A program made the position numbers and the translations under genes. A DNA stretch of 62,396 nt, filler included, from Dugesia japonica (taxonomy: Eukaryota): the NCBI GenBank assembly GCA_001938525.1. It is 6 parts of 6 records of this genome, joined end to end, with 100 filler letters (N's around TTAATTAATTAA, not from the genome) between each part and the next. Parts side by side here need not be neighbours in the genome. Positions count along the whole stretch, not along the records: positions 1 to 9,578 come from MQRL01544374.1; positions 9,679 to 18,954 come from MQRL01619240.1; 4 more parts are not named here. One strand, 5' to 3'. Numbering within the stretch: the stretch's first letter is position 1; each line of letters opens with the position of its first letter. Under the pieces are notes generated by a model, which saw only the letters and a list, made by a program, of their open reading frames with translations, had not been told where the DNA came from and ran no database searches. Positions 1-11,435 of the stretch are shown piece by piece.

Positions 1-1
1 T

Positions 2-331
2 CTATTTCATCAAGGAGGTGGTCATAGAGCCCGTAATTTAAATGTACAATACTTGATTTTATTTAAAAATAAAATAAATAAAACAGTGGCATATTTTCTA
101 GCAAAGCAGGCTTATCCTTATAATAGAAAATTTCTTATGGACTCATTCAAGGATGCAACAATAAATCCACATGAATATTTATTTCTGGATTTTACACAAC
201 AATGTCCAGATGAACTTAGAGTACGATCTGATATTTTCAATCAAAATGGAATTACAGTATANNNNNNNNNNNNNNNNNNNNNNNNNNNNNNNNNNNNNNN
301 NNNNNNNNNNNAATGGAATTACAGTATATAA
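2..331 (+). pseudogene. A32/FtsK-like packaging ATPase, C-terminal part
   Basis: LFHQG..R..NLNVQYLILFKN...LAKQ.YP...F.DAT..PH.YLFLD.....DELRVRS.IF matches the Maverick ATPase C-terminus; truncated by the window start and crosses an N gap. Confidence 0.88.
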
Positions 332-367
332 ACAATTGAACAATTAAAGTAATTATTTGATTATAAA

Positions 368-638
368 ATGTCTGAATTTAAAAAACGTTTTAGCTGATCA
401 GGTAAATGATAGTTGGATAAAGAAGAATAATTCAAAAATAAAAGGTAAAAAGCTGTCTGTAAAGAAAAAGAAACCAACAAAGCAGAATTCAATAAAGAAG
501 AAGACAAAAAAGAAGCATTCAAAGAAGAAGCATATAACAAAGAAACATGTAAAGAAACAGTTGAACGAGTTTAAAAAAATTTCAAAAAGCTTTGGAAAAA
601 AAATTTCAAATGTTAATGGAAAATGGGTCAAGATATAA
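368..638 (+). pseudogene. Small Lys-rich basic protein (putative DNA-condensing core protein)
   Basis: ATG at 368 needs a 1-nt frameshift to enter an extremely K-rich frame ending KWVKI; sits among virion genes. Confidence 0.5.
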
Positions 639-676
639 ACAATCTGATTGTTTGTATTTAAATAAACATTATAAAA

Positions 677-976
677 TTTAAACAAAGTCTTCCATTCTTT
701 AATATATTACTAAAGGTTCCAAAAGAATCGACAAGAAAATTATTACAGTTATTTCCAACATTTGTCATATATGATTTGCTAGAGATAATTGTGAATATTG
801 TTCGTGGTAACTTAATTATAAGTAAAAAGAAAAAACTAGAATTACAGCGTCATAAAAGATCATTGCTTTCAATTGTAAATACAAAGAATAAGAAATTGAT
901 GAGAAAAATATTACATAAACAAAATGGAGGCATCCTTGCTGCTCTATTACCAATCACATTAGCAGCATTAGAGTAA
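677..976 (+). pseudogene. Maverick small core protein with adenovirus pX-like C-terminus
   Basis: EIIVNIVRGNL..KHKR.L...ILHKQNGG|ILAALLPITLAAL: a protease-type xxGG site followed by a hydrophobic tail resembling adenovirus pX (MRGG|ILPLLIPLIAAA). Confidence 0.7.
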
Positions 977-1026
977 CTTGCCATCATTGTCAAGAATTTA
1001 TCTCAAATTTATATCAAATTATTGTT

Positions 1027-2043
1027 ATGGACAATATCGAAAAAATATAGACAAACCCTAAAAAATCCAGCAGTGTTTAAGGGAGTAGAGAAACTTTAAA
1101 ATGCAACACACAATTCGAAAAGCGAGACAAAAAAGTGGTAATCGATCCAGTGAGCGTACAGTCTGAACAAGCCTATGTTGAAAAGATTCCAAACAATACC
1201 GTAAAAAACCTTTGGTATTGATGATTTATGGCAAATAGATTTGACGGAAATAATACGTTTTTCAAAGATTTATAAAGGATACAAGTATATTTTGACATGT
1301 GTTGATGTATTTAGCAGATTTGCAAGAGTTGTACCAATAAAATTGAAATCTGCTAATGAGTCAAAACAATCTTGAAAGGGAGGCATTCAGATAATTTGCA
1401 AACTTATTTGGGAAAAGAATTTTATAATTCAAAAGTCAAATATATTATTAATCATCTCAAGATTAATCATTATTCTGTATTTCCGCAATATAAAGCTGCA
1501 TACGTTGAAAGATTTAATCGAACATTGAGATATGGATTGAAAAAGTACTTTGTACATACTGGTAATAAAACCTGGATACATGTATTACCGAAAGTAATCG
1601 ATAGTTATAATTATACAAGTCACAGAGGATTAAATAAAGCAAGACCCGTTGATATAACATCTGATAATTCAATGAAAAATTGTTGTCTTTTGAGACAACA
1701 ACCAAAAGTAATCAAGAAACCGAAATATAAAGTTGGTGATCATGTTAGAATCTCAAAAATATCAGCTTCACCATTCATCAAGAATTTCGATAGTAATTAG
1801 AGTAATGAAGGGTTTCAAATATAAAAAATCAATACCAAACAGAATTAAATCATGTATGTGATTAAAGATAATGAAGAAAATATCATTGTTGGAAAATTCT
1901 ATGAACAAGAATTACAAGTTATTCCACAACCAACAGCATTTAGAATAGAAAATATTATCAGACCAAAGGAAATTGGAAAGTATAAACAATTATATGTAAT
2001 GTGCCATGTATATGAAAGACCAAGTTGGATATCAGCATCTTAA
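1027..2043 (+). pseudogene. Retroviral-type (rve) integrase with C-terminal chromodomain
   Basis: DDLWQIDL, YILTCVDVFSR, GKEFYN, KAAYVERFNRTL, YKVGDHVRIS, GKFYEQELQ, FRIENII...SWI; disrupted by stops. Confidence 0.93.
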
Positions 2044-2074
2044 GTAGTAAATTAAACAAAGAAAAAAAAGAAAA

Positions 2075-3100
2075 ATGAGCAAATCGAATAATTTCTATAC
2101 ACTATTACCTAGTAATAGTTGTCCACGTATTCATCCTGATAATAAAGCAAGTAAATTCATTGTTGCAGTTGAAAATCCTATTTATTTGAATGAACAATGG
2201 GAAGTAACCTTGATGGACTTTACCTTTATATATTCTGCCTTTCAATTATATAACAAATCATACATCAAATATGTAACAAGTGATGATTATGAGAGAAATG
2301 TAGAAATCCTAATCAATAACAAAGAAAAATCATTGATGGTTCATGAGGTGATTTTGAGGTGATTGATGAAAGATCATTGTCAATCATATTAAAACATCAT
2401 GATTATGTTGTAATATTTGACAATTTAGAAAATGTCCAAATATTTGGATTTAATACTTTAATGAATAATATACAATCGGATTCTACCATACAATATCATG
2501 ACTTTAAAAACGATGATTCGATTAATGTTGTAAAAATAAAATTAGTGTTTTCAATAGAAACTATTAAATCTATATCTTTACAAAGCGAATATTACATATC
2601 GAATTTGGATCAATTTGGTAGTTTCAACACAAAAATGTAAAAGTCTGTTTTCAAAACACTTACTATAAAAAACAATGAACCATTCCGATTTTCGTTGTTG
2701 GAAAATGTTAAAAGTGTTACGTTCGATAATTCACTGGCAAAATCATTAAGATTAGACAAACAAACATATACTCGTGATTATAGAAATATAGACCACACTG
2801 AATTCAATGATGTTAAATATCCGAAATTAATCACTAATCCACATCAAATGTTCATCTATAGTAATTTTGTTGAACCTATAATTGTTGGTGATGTTAATGT
2901 TCCTTTGTTGAAATCTGTATGTTTGGAGAATTATGAAGATGATCAAGTAGCTCAAATAATAGTTAAGAATCCAATGTATTTACCAGTTGCCACTTCATGT
3001 ATAAACAATATAGAAATCAATATCAGAAGTGATAGTGGGGAATTAATCTACTTTGCTAAATACTAAAAAACTCATTCAACTCTACATTTTCGAAAAATAA
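2075..3100 (+). pseudogene. Minor capsid protein (penton, single jelly-roll)
   Basis: N-terminus FYTLLPSNS...PDN....F.......L...WEV.L; C-terminus MFIYSN.VEP.IVGD...PLL...NPMYLPV....IEI.I..D.G...LHFRK. Confidence 0.88.
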
Positions 3101-3550
3101 ATGTCTAATACCGATATTATTTAACTTTATAGTACTAGTCAAGCTCGTAAAGAATTGCCGTACTTTGTAGGAAAACAGTTTGGGTCTGGATGGTTGCAAA
3201 CAATTGGAAGATTTGCTTTGCATATTCTTAGACGTATTGGAAAATTCTATGAACAAGAATTATAAGTTATTCCACAACCAACAGAATTTAGAATAGAAAA
3301 GATTATCAGACCAAAGGAAATTGGAAAGTATAAACAATTATATGCAATGTGACATGAAAACAGCACATGATGTAATAAAATGATGTAAGCAAATATTTTA
3401 TCCTCTCTCAAAACAAATGGGATGATTAAATTTAAAGATTTTATGGCTTCTCCAGAAGTAACGAAAATAATACCAAAGAACAACATTATAAATGAATCTA
3501 ACATCAAAGGTTCTGGAATAAAAACTAAACATTCAAGTCTAAACAAATAA
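3101..3550 (+). pseudogene. pVI-like/core protein, interrupted by a 120-bp templated insertion
   Basis: ELPYFVGKQFGSGWLQTIGRFALHILRRIG...KTAHDV; homologous to the ORF at 58698-58970. Confidence 0.75.
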
Positions 3551-3579
3551 ATGAATGGCTATGGAACTATATTTGAAAA

Positions 3580-4972
3580 ATGATTTGTGGGAAAACTAAA
3601 CTTTGTATTTTTGATAGTCAAACACCTCAAGGGGTTATTGAATATGAATTATTTAAAGATGTGTTTCCAATGAATTCAATTTCTGAAAGTAGAAGGGATG
3701 TAGAGTTTTTTATAAATGGATCGCAAACTGATAATCCGGATTTGAATGATACATTATTGTATGTACAAGTAAGAGTTGTTGATAAATTTGGAAAAGACTT
3801 GGTTGAAAAGTTTGATATAGTACCAAGAAATTATATGTTTCATACTCTGTTCAAAGATATTGTTCTTTCATTCAACAATAACAAAATCAAAGGTGGTAAT
3901 GAAACTTATATTCAAAAGGCTAAGATTGAAATTGTTCTGAATTAAAATGGAGATAGTAAGAACATTTGTCTTCCCGCAATTGGTTATGAAAATAAAGATG
4001 ACAGACAAAAGTCAACTAAATTATCAAAGTCATTGTCTCTGTGCAATTCTTTGCAGCTGGACTTTATAAATCAACCAAAATATCTTATTCCTGGTGTTAA
4101 TGTATGTTAGGTAGATCTTCAATTGTTAAATCATTTTGCAAATCAGAATTCATATTGTTAGATATTTTTTATTTTACTACTACAAACTATATTTAATAAG
4201 ATAAAAATTATGAAATACAAGTATTTAAATATTAATATTTAGATATCTCAATTCCTATTAGGTGAGATTATTAATTAATAATTATTTCTTCATAATGTAT
4301 GCATTAGTTTGAATAGAGCATCCAATAGAATGGGTTTAGAATCTTCAACTGAAGAACCCAAATTTGTATTGCTCGATGCCAAACTGATGGTTTGAAGAGT
4401 TCCAGCTGAATCATCTATACTAATGGGTCATCAAATAGGACTTGCTAAGCAAAATGCTGTTTATTCAATAAGAAACAAGGAAATTGTAATTTATCCAATC
4501 AGTAAAAATAGTACAACGTTTTATAAGGAGCAAATCATTGGAGATCGTCGATTACCATACTTTTCGTTGATAATATTTAAAGCAGAGATCAACATAATGA
4601 ACACTTTAAAACATCAAGCTCGAATTTTGATCATTTCAATATCAAATACATAACTCTTTCAAAAAACAGCGATTATCGAGAATCATTTGTTCAAGATTTC
4701 GAAAATGATAATTACAGCACATCATACATATGATCAGTATTTAGAAATATGGGATATTTAAACAAAAATATGAATTGTGGAATAACACTTGAAGAGTTAA
4801 AAAACGAATATCCATTCTTTACCTTTGTACGTGCTCCGGATTTCGATATAATTCAGAGTCAATTGCTTCAACATGATAATATGACATTGGATATCAAATT
4901 TAGAACTGTTTTAACTACTACGGAGTTTTTGAAAACGAAATCCAAATTACATCAGCAGAGCAATACTAATGT
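3580..4972 (+). pseudogene. Major capsid protein (hexon, double jelly-roll)
   Basis: CGKTKLCIFD..TPQ..IE, VEFFING...DL.DT.LYV, QPKYLIPGVNV, YPFFTF...PD, LDIKF, YGVFENEIQI; frameshifts plus an insertion at 4107-4292. Confidence 0.9.
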
Positions 4973-5007
4973 AAAAAATCTCAATATCAGGAAAATAGTT
5001 GACCAAA

Positions 5008-5403
5008 ATAAAGTAAGTTTTGATTATTAATTTTGATTATTATTATTATTTTAATAGTTCAATTCAGATAATACAAATTGCTGCAAAATGGCTTGGATTA
5101 GAGTTTCTCGATGTGTGTCCATCGGATAAGCTTCCATTTATTCCAGTCAATAAAACCGTAATCGTCAATACTCAATCATTAAATCTCGTAGGAGATCATT
5201 GGTTAGCAGTGTAAAATAAGCCAGAAAATATACTGGTATTCGATCCATTTAGATTTTATTATCCACCAATGTTGGTCTCGCAGCTATAAAGATTATTAAA
5301 GTCTATTGTATTCAATAGAGTTTGATTTCAAGATTCATTTACAACAACGCCTGGATAGCATTGCTGATTTTGTTTGAGATACCAATATTGTTTTATAAAA
5401 TAA
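5008..5403 (+). pseudogene. Adenain-like cysteine protease; predicted 45-nt intron at 5013-5057
   Basis: D.LP, IVNT...GDHWLAV (His), VFD.F (Asp), FQ.....PG.HC..CL (catalytic Cys mutated). GTAAGT..TAATAG intron inside codon 2; start codon decayed to ATA. Confidence 0.85.
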
Positions 5404-5490
5404 ATGTTTTTAATTAAAAAATTATGTTTTCAATTGATTTGTGGTTATTTACTGGTAATGTAACACCAATGCAGTTCATATACAACTAAA

Positions 5491-5572
5491 TTATTATGTT
5501 GTGGTATTTTAAATCGAAAAATAATTAAACATATTACGTTGTAATATTTTTGAATTCATACACACATACATA
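5491..5572 (+). promoter_or_regulatory. Conserved non-coding motif cluster upstream of pPolB (element 1)
   Basis: TA(C/T)GTTGTRRTATTTT twice and ATACACACATACA; the same motifs recur at the equivalent place in element 2 (57174-57450, -). Confidence 0.5.
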
Positions 5573-5790
5573 GTGATTCGTAAAGAAATAATTATGTAAT
5601 AGCATACATGTTGACTAATTTACACACATTTAAGTAAAATGTAATTACTTTTATAATTTTTCACAGTTTTACAATTTTTAAAAAACAAAACTACGCTCAC
5701 AAATTTAGTTAGATTTTTTATCTATTTATTTTATTTTATAATTTTTATTATAGTACAATTAATAACAATAATAATACCAAGAAACAAACA

Positions 5791-8700
5791 ATGAAGCCAG
5801 TGATGAAGAATAATGAGGTAAAGTTATTCGTATTTTATTTGTAAATTTTATAATTATTATTTATAGAATATGACTAGAAATGATGAAGTTATCCAGATTA
5901 ATTTCAATGAGAATATGAAGACTAGAAATGACACTAATTTGATGCCTATGAATTTCGCTAATATGTAGATAATGAATAAAAATGATGCTCAAATGTCTTC
6001 CTTGGATATGTTGGAGATAAACACACCCCGTTAGTTTTTATTAATTTTAAATGAGATGTATTTAATTTTAATGATTTCTTTTCTTTTTACTAGTTTGTAT
6101 GTATCAAATATTTTTTTTATAGATTTTTCAAGTCTTTGTGATAACTATATTTTGATAATTGATAATAATAACTATATTTGGATAACTAAATTTTTAATAA
6201 TTTTTGATAATTGAGAAACCTTTATTACTAATGAAATAAATACGTTTGATAATAATAACCATATTTTAGATAATAATCCTATTTTATGATAATAATAGTA
6301 ATTATTATTTTTGATAATAAGAATTTTATTTTTATAATAATTATAATAATAATATTTATCATAATAACACTTTTAATAAGAATATTTATAACAAAATTTT
6401 ATTTTCAAATAAATATTTTCTCGTAGCTCTTATATTTTGATTAAACTTATACTGATACTTAGACTGTTCTGTTGTGATCATTACACAGTCTTTTATGCTT
6501 ATCGATTAGTTCCATCATCATTTGACTAGGGTTTCCATATATTTGTTACATGTGAAGTGTTGTAACATTTGTCAATTCTTCAACAACATGCTCCCTTATT
6601 TGCTTTTTGAATATTTTAAATAATAAATTAAAATAAAAAAGATTAGTTAAATAAATAAATTACAATTTTAAAACTATTTTACAGTATAATAAATTGAATT
6701 CGAGTGCAAACATTAAGAAATTATGCAATGATGTAATTTTTTATCACTGTTTCCAATTAGGTCATTACATTTTCTAACCTTTTCTTTTCTTTTACATCAT
6801 TTTCTGACCTTTACTGTCATTTTTCTAAACCTTAATAATCATAATAATAATATACATAATAACTTTTATATTTTAAGTCATTTTGATAATAATTATCACA
6901 TTTTTAATCATAATATTTTTATAATCTTTAGTAGTAATATATCACATTTTAATAGTTTTTATTTAATAATATGTTTTACCTTATATAAATATGCTATTTT
7001 CTTTAGCAACATGCACACAATATAAACATTATTGTGCAAGTTATGTCCACAAAGGAGAATGCCATAAGACTATGGAGAAATATTATGATATGAAATTCTC
7101 TGGGACAAAGTACTACATATGTCCTACATGCAAAACATTAAGTGTAGGTACATATACCAGTTTTTATAAAAAGCATTCACACCACATTAATCAATTCGAA
7201 ACGATTAAAAAACGAGTATTATTAAGAGACATACTTTCAGAGACTGATATAGGTGCTCCACTAACTAAGAGAGTAAGACAAGAACCATTAGTAACTGATG
7301 AAGCAATAGTTAATATTATAGAAAATGTTTAAAATAATGCTATAGTAGAAAAAGATATAGTATATATATATATATATATATATAGTTTTTAAGAACTATT
7401 AGGACAAAAATGGATGTAATTATGATGGAATAAATGAAGACGACAAAATTATCGAAAAATATTTTGAAGAAGAGGAAGAGTTTTTAAGAGAAATACAAGT
7501 TGGTGGATCATTAGATGAACCTACTATTGAATCAGATTTGTATGGGTGTCATCAGATACTTAAGTTAAATGTATCTCATCACAATAGTATTGAAATAGTA
7601 TTATCAAAAGTGTTAATAGAGAAATTGTTTCAAATAATTAAAGAATGAAAGGAATTAAAAATTCAATTTGGAATTAGCGTAGAATTTATTAGAATTTATT
7701 AGAGACGTGGATATTAAAATCTGTATGATATCAAATTGAGCTGTCCATCTCAGTGATACATTTGTCAAGGAAGGTATAAGAAATTTAAATGAGAAGATTG
7801 TAGTAAGGTGTGAATTAAGTAGTAGTTGGATTCCTAGCCGCATTCTTGAAATTAACTTTAAAATTACAAAAGCTAGTAATATTAGTAGAATTTCTAGAAG
7901 TAGCCATATTCCTACTCCTAAATACCTTGTCAGAAAACAAGCCATAGTTAATGTTAATAATAATGACAACATGTGTTTTATTTATAGCATTCTTGCAGTT
8001 CTTAAGCAAGATGAAATCGAAAAGAAAATCGACATCGTGTTGCAAAATATAAGGATTATATGTCAGAGTTAGTATTTGATGAGTTGGATATGCCAATGAA
8101 ACTTCTACATATCCCGAAATTTGAGAAACAAATCCAGCATATGCAATCAATGTTTTTTTCCTGGAACTCAAAATGATATAGTAATATATGATATAGGAAC
8201 TAAGATGATATAGTCATGAAGCATCCAAACTTGGATATTATTTATCGGTCAAAAGTGGAAGATGGATAGAAAATTAACCTTTTGCTGCTCGAACACGGCG
8301 ATAATTATCATTACAATGATGTAATGGATTTAAATAGGTGGATGAATAAAGATACTAAAAAGGATGGTGTGCGAATTCAGTCAATCTGGTGCCAAAATTG
8401 TTTAAATGGATTAAAGAATAATATTGTTTTAAAGGCACATGAAGCACTTTGCAGCAAAATTTAGACAGGTATAACTATGCAAAAATGCCTACAGAAAAAG
8501 AATTAATATTCAAAGAATACTCGAAAACGATGACTCCACTTTTTGGGATTTATGCTGATTTTGAGTCAGTTTTAGAAAAGAATCTAATTTATCATCAAAA
8601 ACATATTCCCATTTTAGCTGGACTTTTATTAGTAAATAATTATACCAACGAATTTAAATCCAGTCAATTTCTCGGAACAGAATGTTTTTTCGAATTTTTA

Positions 8701-9487
8701 TTGAAATTACAAGAAATTAGTCAGCACATCGTATACCCATATTATATAGAAAATAGCAAAAAGAACATGGAAATAACTTTAGAAGAAGAAATATCATTCA
8801 TACATCAATATATTGTTATTTATGTAACAAATCAATATTGCAACCAGTTCGTGACCATGATCATTTTACCGGAAAATATATACATCCAGCATGCAGTAAG
8901 TGTAATATAAGCAGAAAAATTAGATATGAATTACCTGTTGTATTCCACAATCTGAAAGGATATGATCTCCACCATATTCTCAGGTATGGTCTCAATCAAT
9001 TCCCAGAATGATATATCTCATGTATTCCTATAACGACTGAGAAGTTCTTATATCTTACTGCTCATCCGTCGAAAACAACAATAAGATTCATTGTCTTGTA
9101 CCAGTTCATAAATTTATCATTAGCTGCTGCTGTCCAGTCAATTAAAACCCCTCCTTTGAAATGAAAAGAGTTTAATGATGATCGCATTATAAAATCAAAA
9201 GGGACTTTTCCATATGATTTCGCCACAAGTTTAGATGTTTTAATAAAAACAACGTCGATGCCACCGAAATAAAATCACATGAGTGAAAAAGAATATTTAA
9301 AGGCAGTTGAACTTTGAGAGATCACTAATTGTAAAAACCTACTAGATTATGCGATGGTTTATCTTAAACTCGATGTCTTTTTGTTGGCTGATTTCTTTCA
9401 ACAATTTTGAGCCAAGTCTAAAGCTTAAAATAAGCTGGAATCATTGAATTTTCTCGTTATACCAGGCATGTCATGGGCATCTGCATT
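5791..9487 (+). pseudogene. Protein-primed family B DNA polymerase with spliced 5' leader exons (5791-5817, 5867-6029; main exon from 7007)
   Basis: Main body shows QVGGSL, SSWI, IVNVNN.DN.CF.YSILA, YADFES (ExoI), VRDHDHFTGKY, PVVFHNLKGYD (ExoII), KG.FPY, YLKLDVFLLAD (ExoIII) and PGMSW. It stops before the polymerase motifs. Leader exons are joined by phase-compatible GT-AG introns. Confidence 0.9.
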
Positions 9488-9578
9488 AGTAGTAGGGAAA
9501 TGACGACTTGCAGCTAGTATGGTAGCTCCAAACTCAGAAAATGGCATAAATAATAATACTACAACAAATTTCGTTAGC

Positions 9579-9678
9579 NNNNNNNNNNNNNNNNNNNNNN
9601 NNNNNNNNNNNNNNNNNNNNNNTTAATTAATTAANNNNNNNNNNNNNNNNNNNNNNNNNNNNNNNNNNNNNNNNNNNN
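9579..9678. other. Artificial contig spacer (N-run/TTAATTAATTAA/N-run)
   Basis: The same 100-nt six-frame-stop pad recurs at 18955-19054, 29279-29378, 42084-42183 and 50472-50571. Confidence 0.95.
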
Positions 9679-9715
9679 CCAGATTAAGCACGATTTAATC
9701 TGATGCTTTTAGATA

Positions 9716-10107
9716 TGGACGAAAATGCTCCCCAGAACGTGGCTAACCAGCATCTGTTATAACTCAGACCAAGCCGAACCTTTGGCGCAGAGGTGCAAAT
9801 CGCAGCTAGCTTTGATGGACAGTTAGCCACCACAACAAATTGGTCAAGAGCCTGTCAAGCTCTTNNGGAAAAGATAGGAATGTTGGTGTTTGAGATGACC
9901 CAACTCCGTCGACAAAATATTGAGTATACCCGGAGGGACGCAGCCCAGGGCATGAAGACATGGGAGTTGGAGGCCAAGGTGGAATGGCTCCGTTTGGAAA
10001 ACAAGCAATTAAGCGAGAGAGTACACTCCCAACCATCAACGTCGTCCGTAACTTCTCCTCCAAGAAAGATCCGGAAGATTTTAGTGGATCTTTCCGATGA
10101 TAGTTAA
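9716..10107 (+). pseudogene. GC-richer orphan coiled-coil ORF, probably from a mobile element
   Basis: ATG at 9716, one early stop, heptad-like segment (LEAKVEWLRLENKQLSERV) and tail SPPRKIRKILVDLSDDS; followed by a structured motif and (TTA)n. Confidence 0.4.
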
Positions 10108-10475
10108 TCACATTTAAATTTCATGTATATTGTATGTAAAATAGCATAATTGCGACAATGTGATTTTTCTTTCTTTGCGACTTCTATCGTAAATACATAA
10201 CGAATCCAAATTACACGCAGATGGTGCGCTCATGCACTCTTGAAGTTGGGCAAGAGTCACCGGGGCTGCCATCAACATACTCTCAGGACGAGTATTTAAA
10301 TCCCAGTTTGCGGGTTGTNNNNNNNNNNNNNNNNNNNNNNNNNNNNNNNNNNNNNNNNNNNNNNNNNNNNNNNNNNNNNNNNNNNNNNNNNNNNNNNNNN
10401 NNNNNNNNNNNNNNNNNNNNNNNNNNNNNNNNNNNNNNNNNNNNNNNNNNNNNNNNNNNNNNNNNNNNNNNNNNN

Positions 10476-10537
<62 letters not shown>

Positions 10538-11369
10538 TTAAATAAATAAAAATTAAATAATAATTTGGCAAAAGATTTTACTGTATAAAAAAATTAATTT
10601 CTTTTTATTTTTATTTTTAGAATTTATAAGTAGAATGAAAATAAACAATGTAAACAATGTTAGCCAATATATTACATAGGCAGTTGTCAAGCGAATTTTT
10701 GTTATGTAACTATATTTAAAATTGTAAACATCACGAAAATTTATTTTTATTAACAGTAAAATTTATTTAAGCTCTTTAAATCTAAAAAAATATTTTATAA
10801 TTTCCAATATAAATTATTTTATTTATTATTATTAATTTACTACTCAAATAAAGTCGAATCGGTTATTTATTTATTTGTATTTATTTCAATTTCATTTTTT
10901 ACTTAGAAACGTTAAAAAAAAAATTTTTCGCTTTATTTTACTAATTTTAAAATAAATTTTCTCCTAAGTTTTGTTATTATTGATTATAAAGTAGAAAGAA
11001 AATAAATATTTATATCTATGTGATTATCATAATTAATAATAATTCTTCGAGGGAGAACAACAAACATTTTCATATTACTGATCTAATTTTAGATTATTTC
11101 ACATAAATGTCAAGTGATTTCATTTGTTTATTTTCGAAATAATTTGAAAAATTATTTTTTCTTTTGTAACTATGAAGAAAATTTGCCTTGATATACAATG
11201 ATTAAAAACAAATTCCATTAAGCAAATAAAGTGATAATTAATTCAAGTAGAATGGAAAACTTTTCAAAATTGAAAATAAAATTTACAACCACTGTTTAAA
11301 CTTTTAACTCTTTTAACCTTCAAAAACAATACTATTTACTTATAATTAATAATATTTTTAATATAAATC

Positions 11370-11435
<66 letters not shown>

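Larger units (their letters stand above)
1..9487 (+). mobile_element. Maverick/Polinton (adintovirus-like) element 1, decayed, both ends missing
   Basis: Co-oriented ATPase, K-rich ORF, pX-like ORF, rve integrase, penton, pVI-like ORF, hexon, cysteine protease and protein-primed PolB, with many stops and frameshifts. Confidence 0.95.

Noticed and set aside
244-331. AATGGAATTACAGTATA repeated on both sides of an N gap
   Set aside because: Gap-edge overlap artefact.
398-685. Phe-rich 95-aa minus-strand ORF (also 26770-26973)
   Set aside because: Antisense shadows of Lys- or Asn-rich low-complexity sequence.
4102-4307. Hexon insertion as a possible GTATGT..AG intron
   Set aside because: The nearest AG does not restore the frame, and the 9-bp direct repeat explains it better as an insertion.
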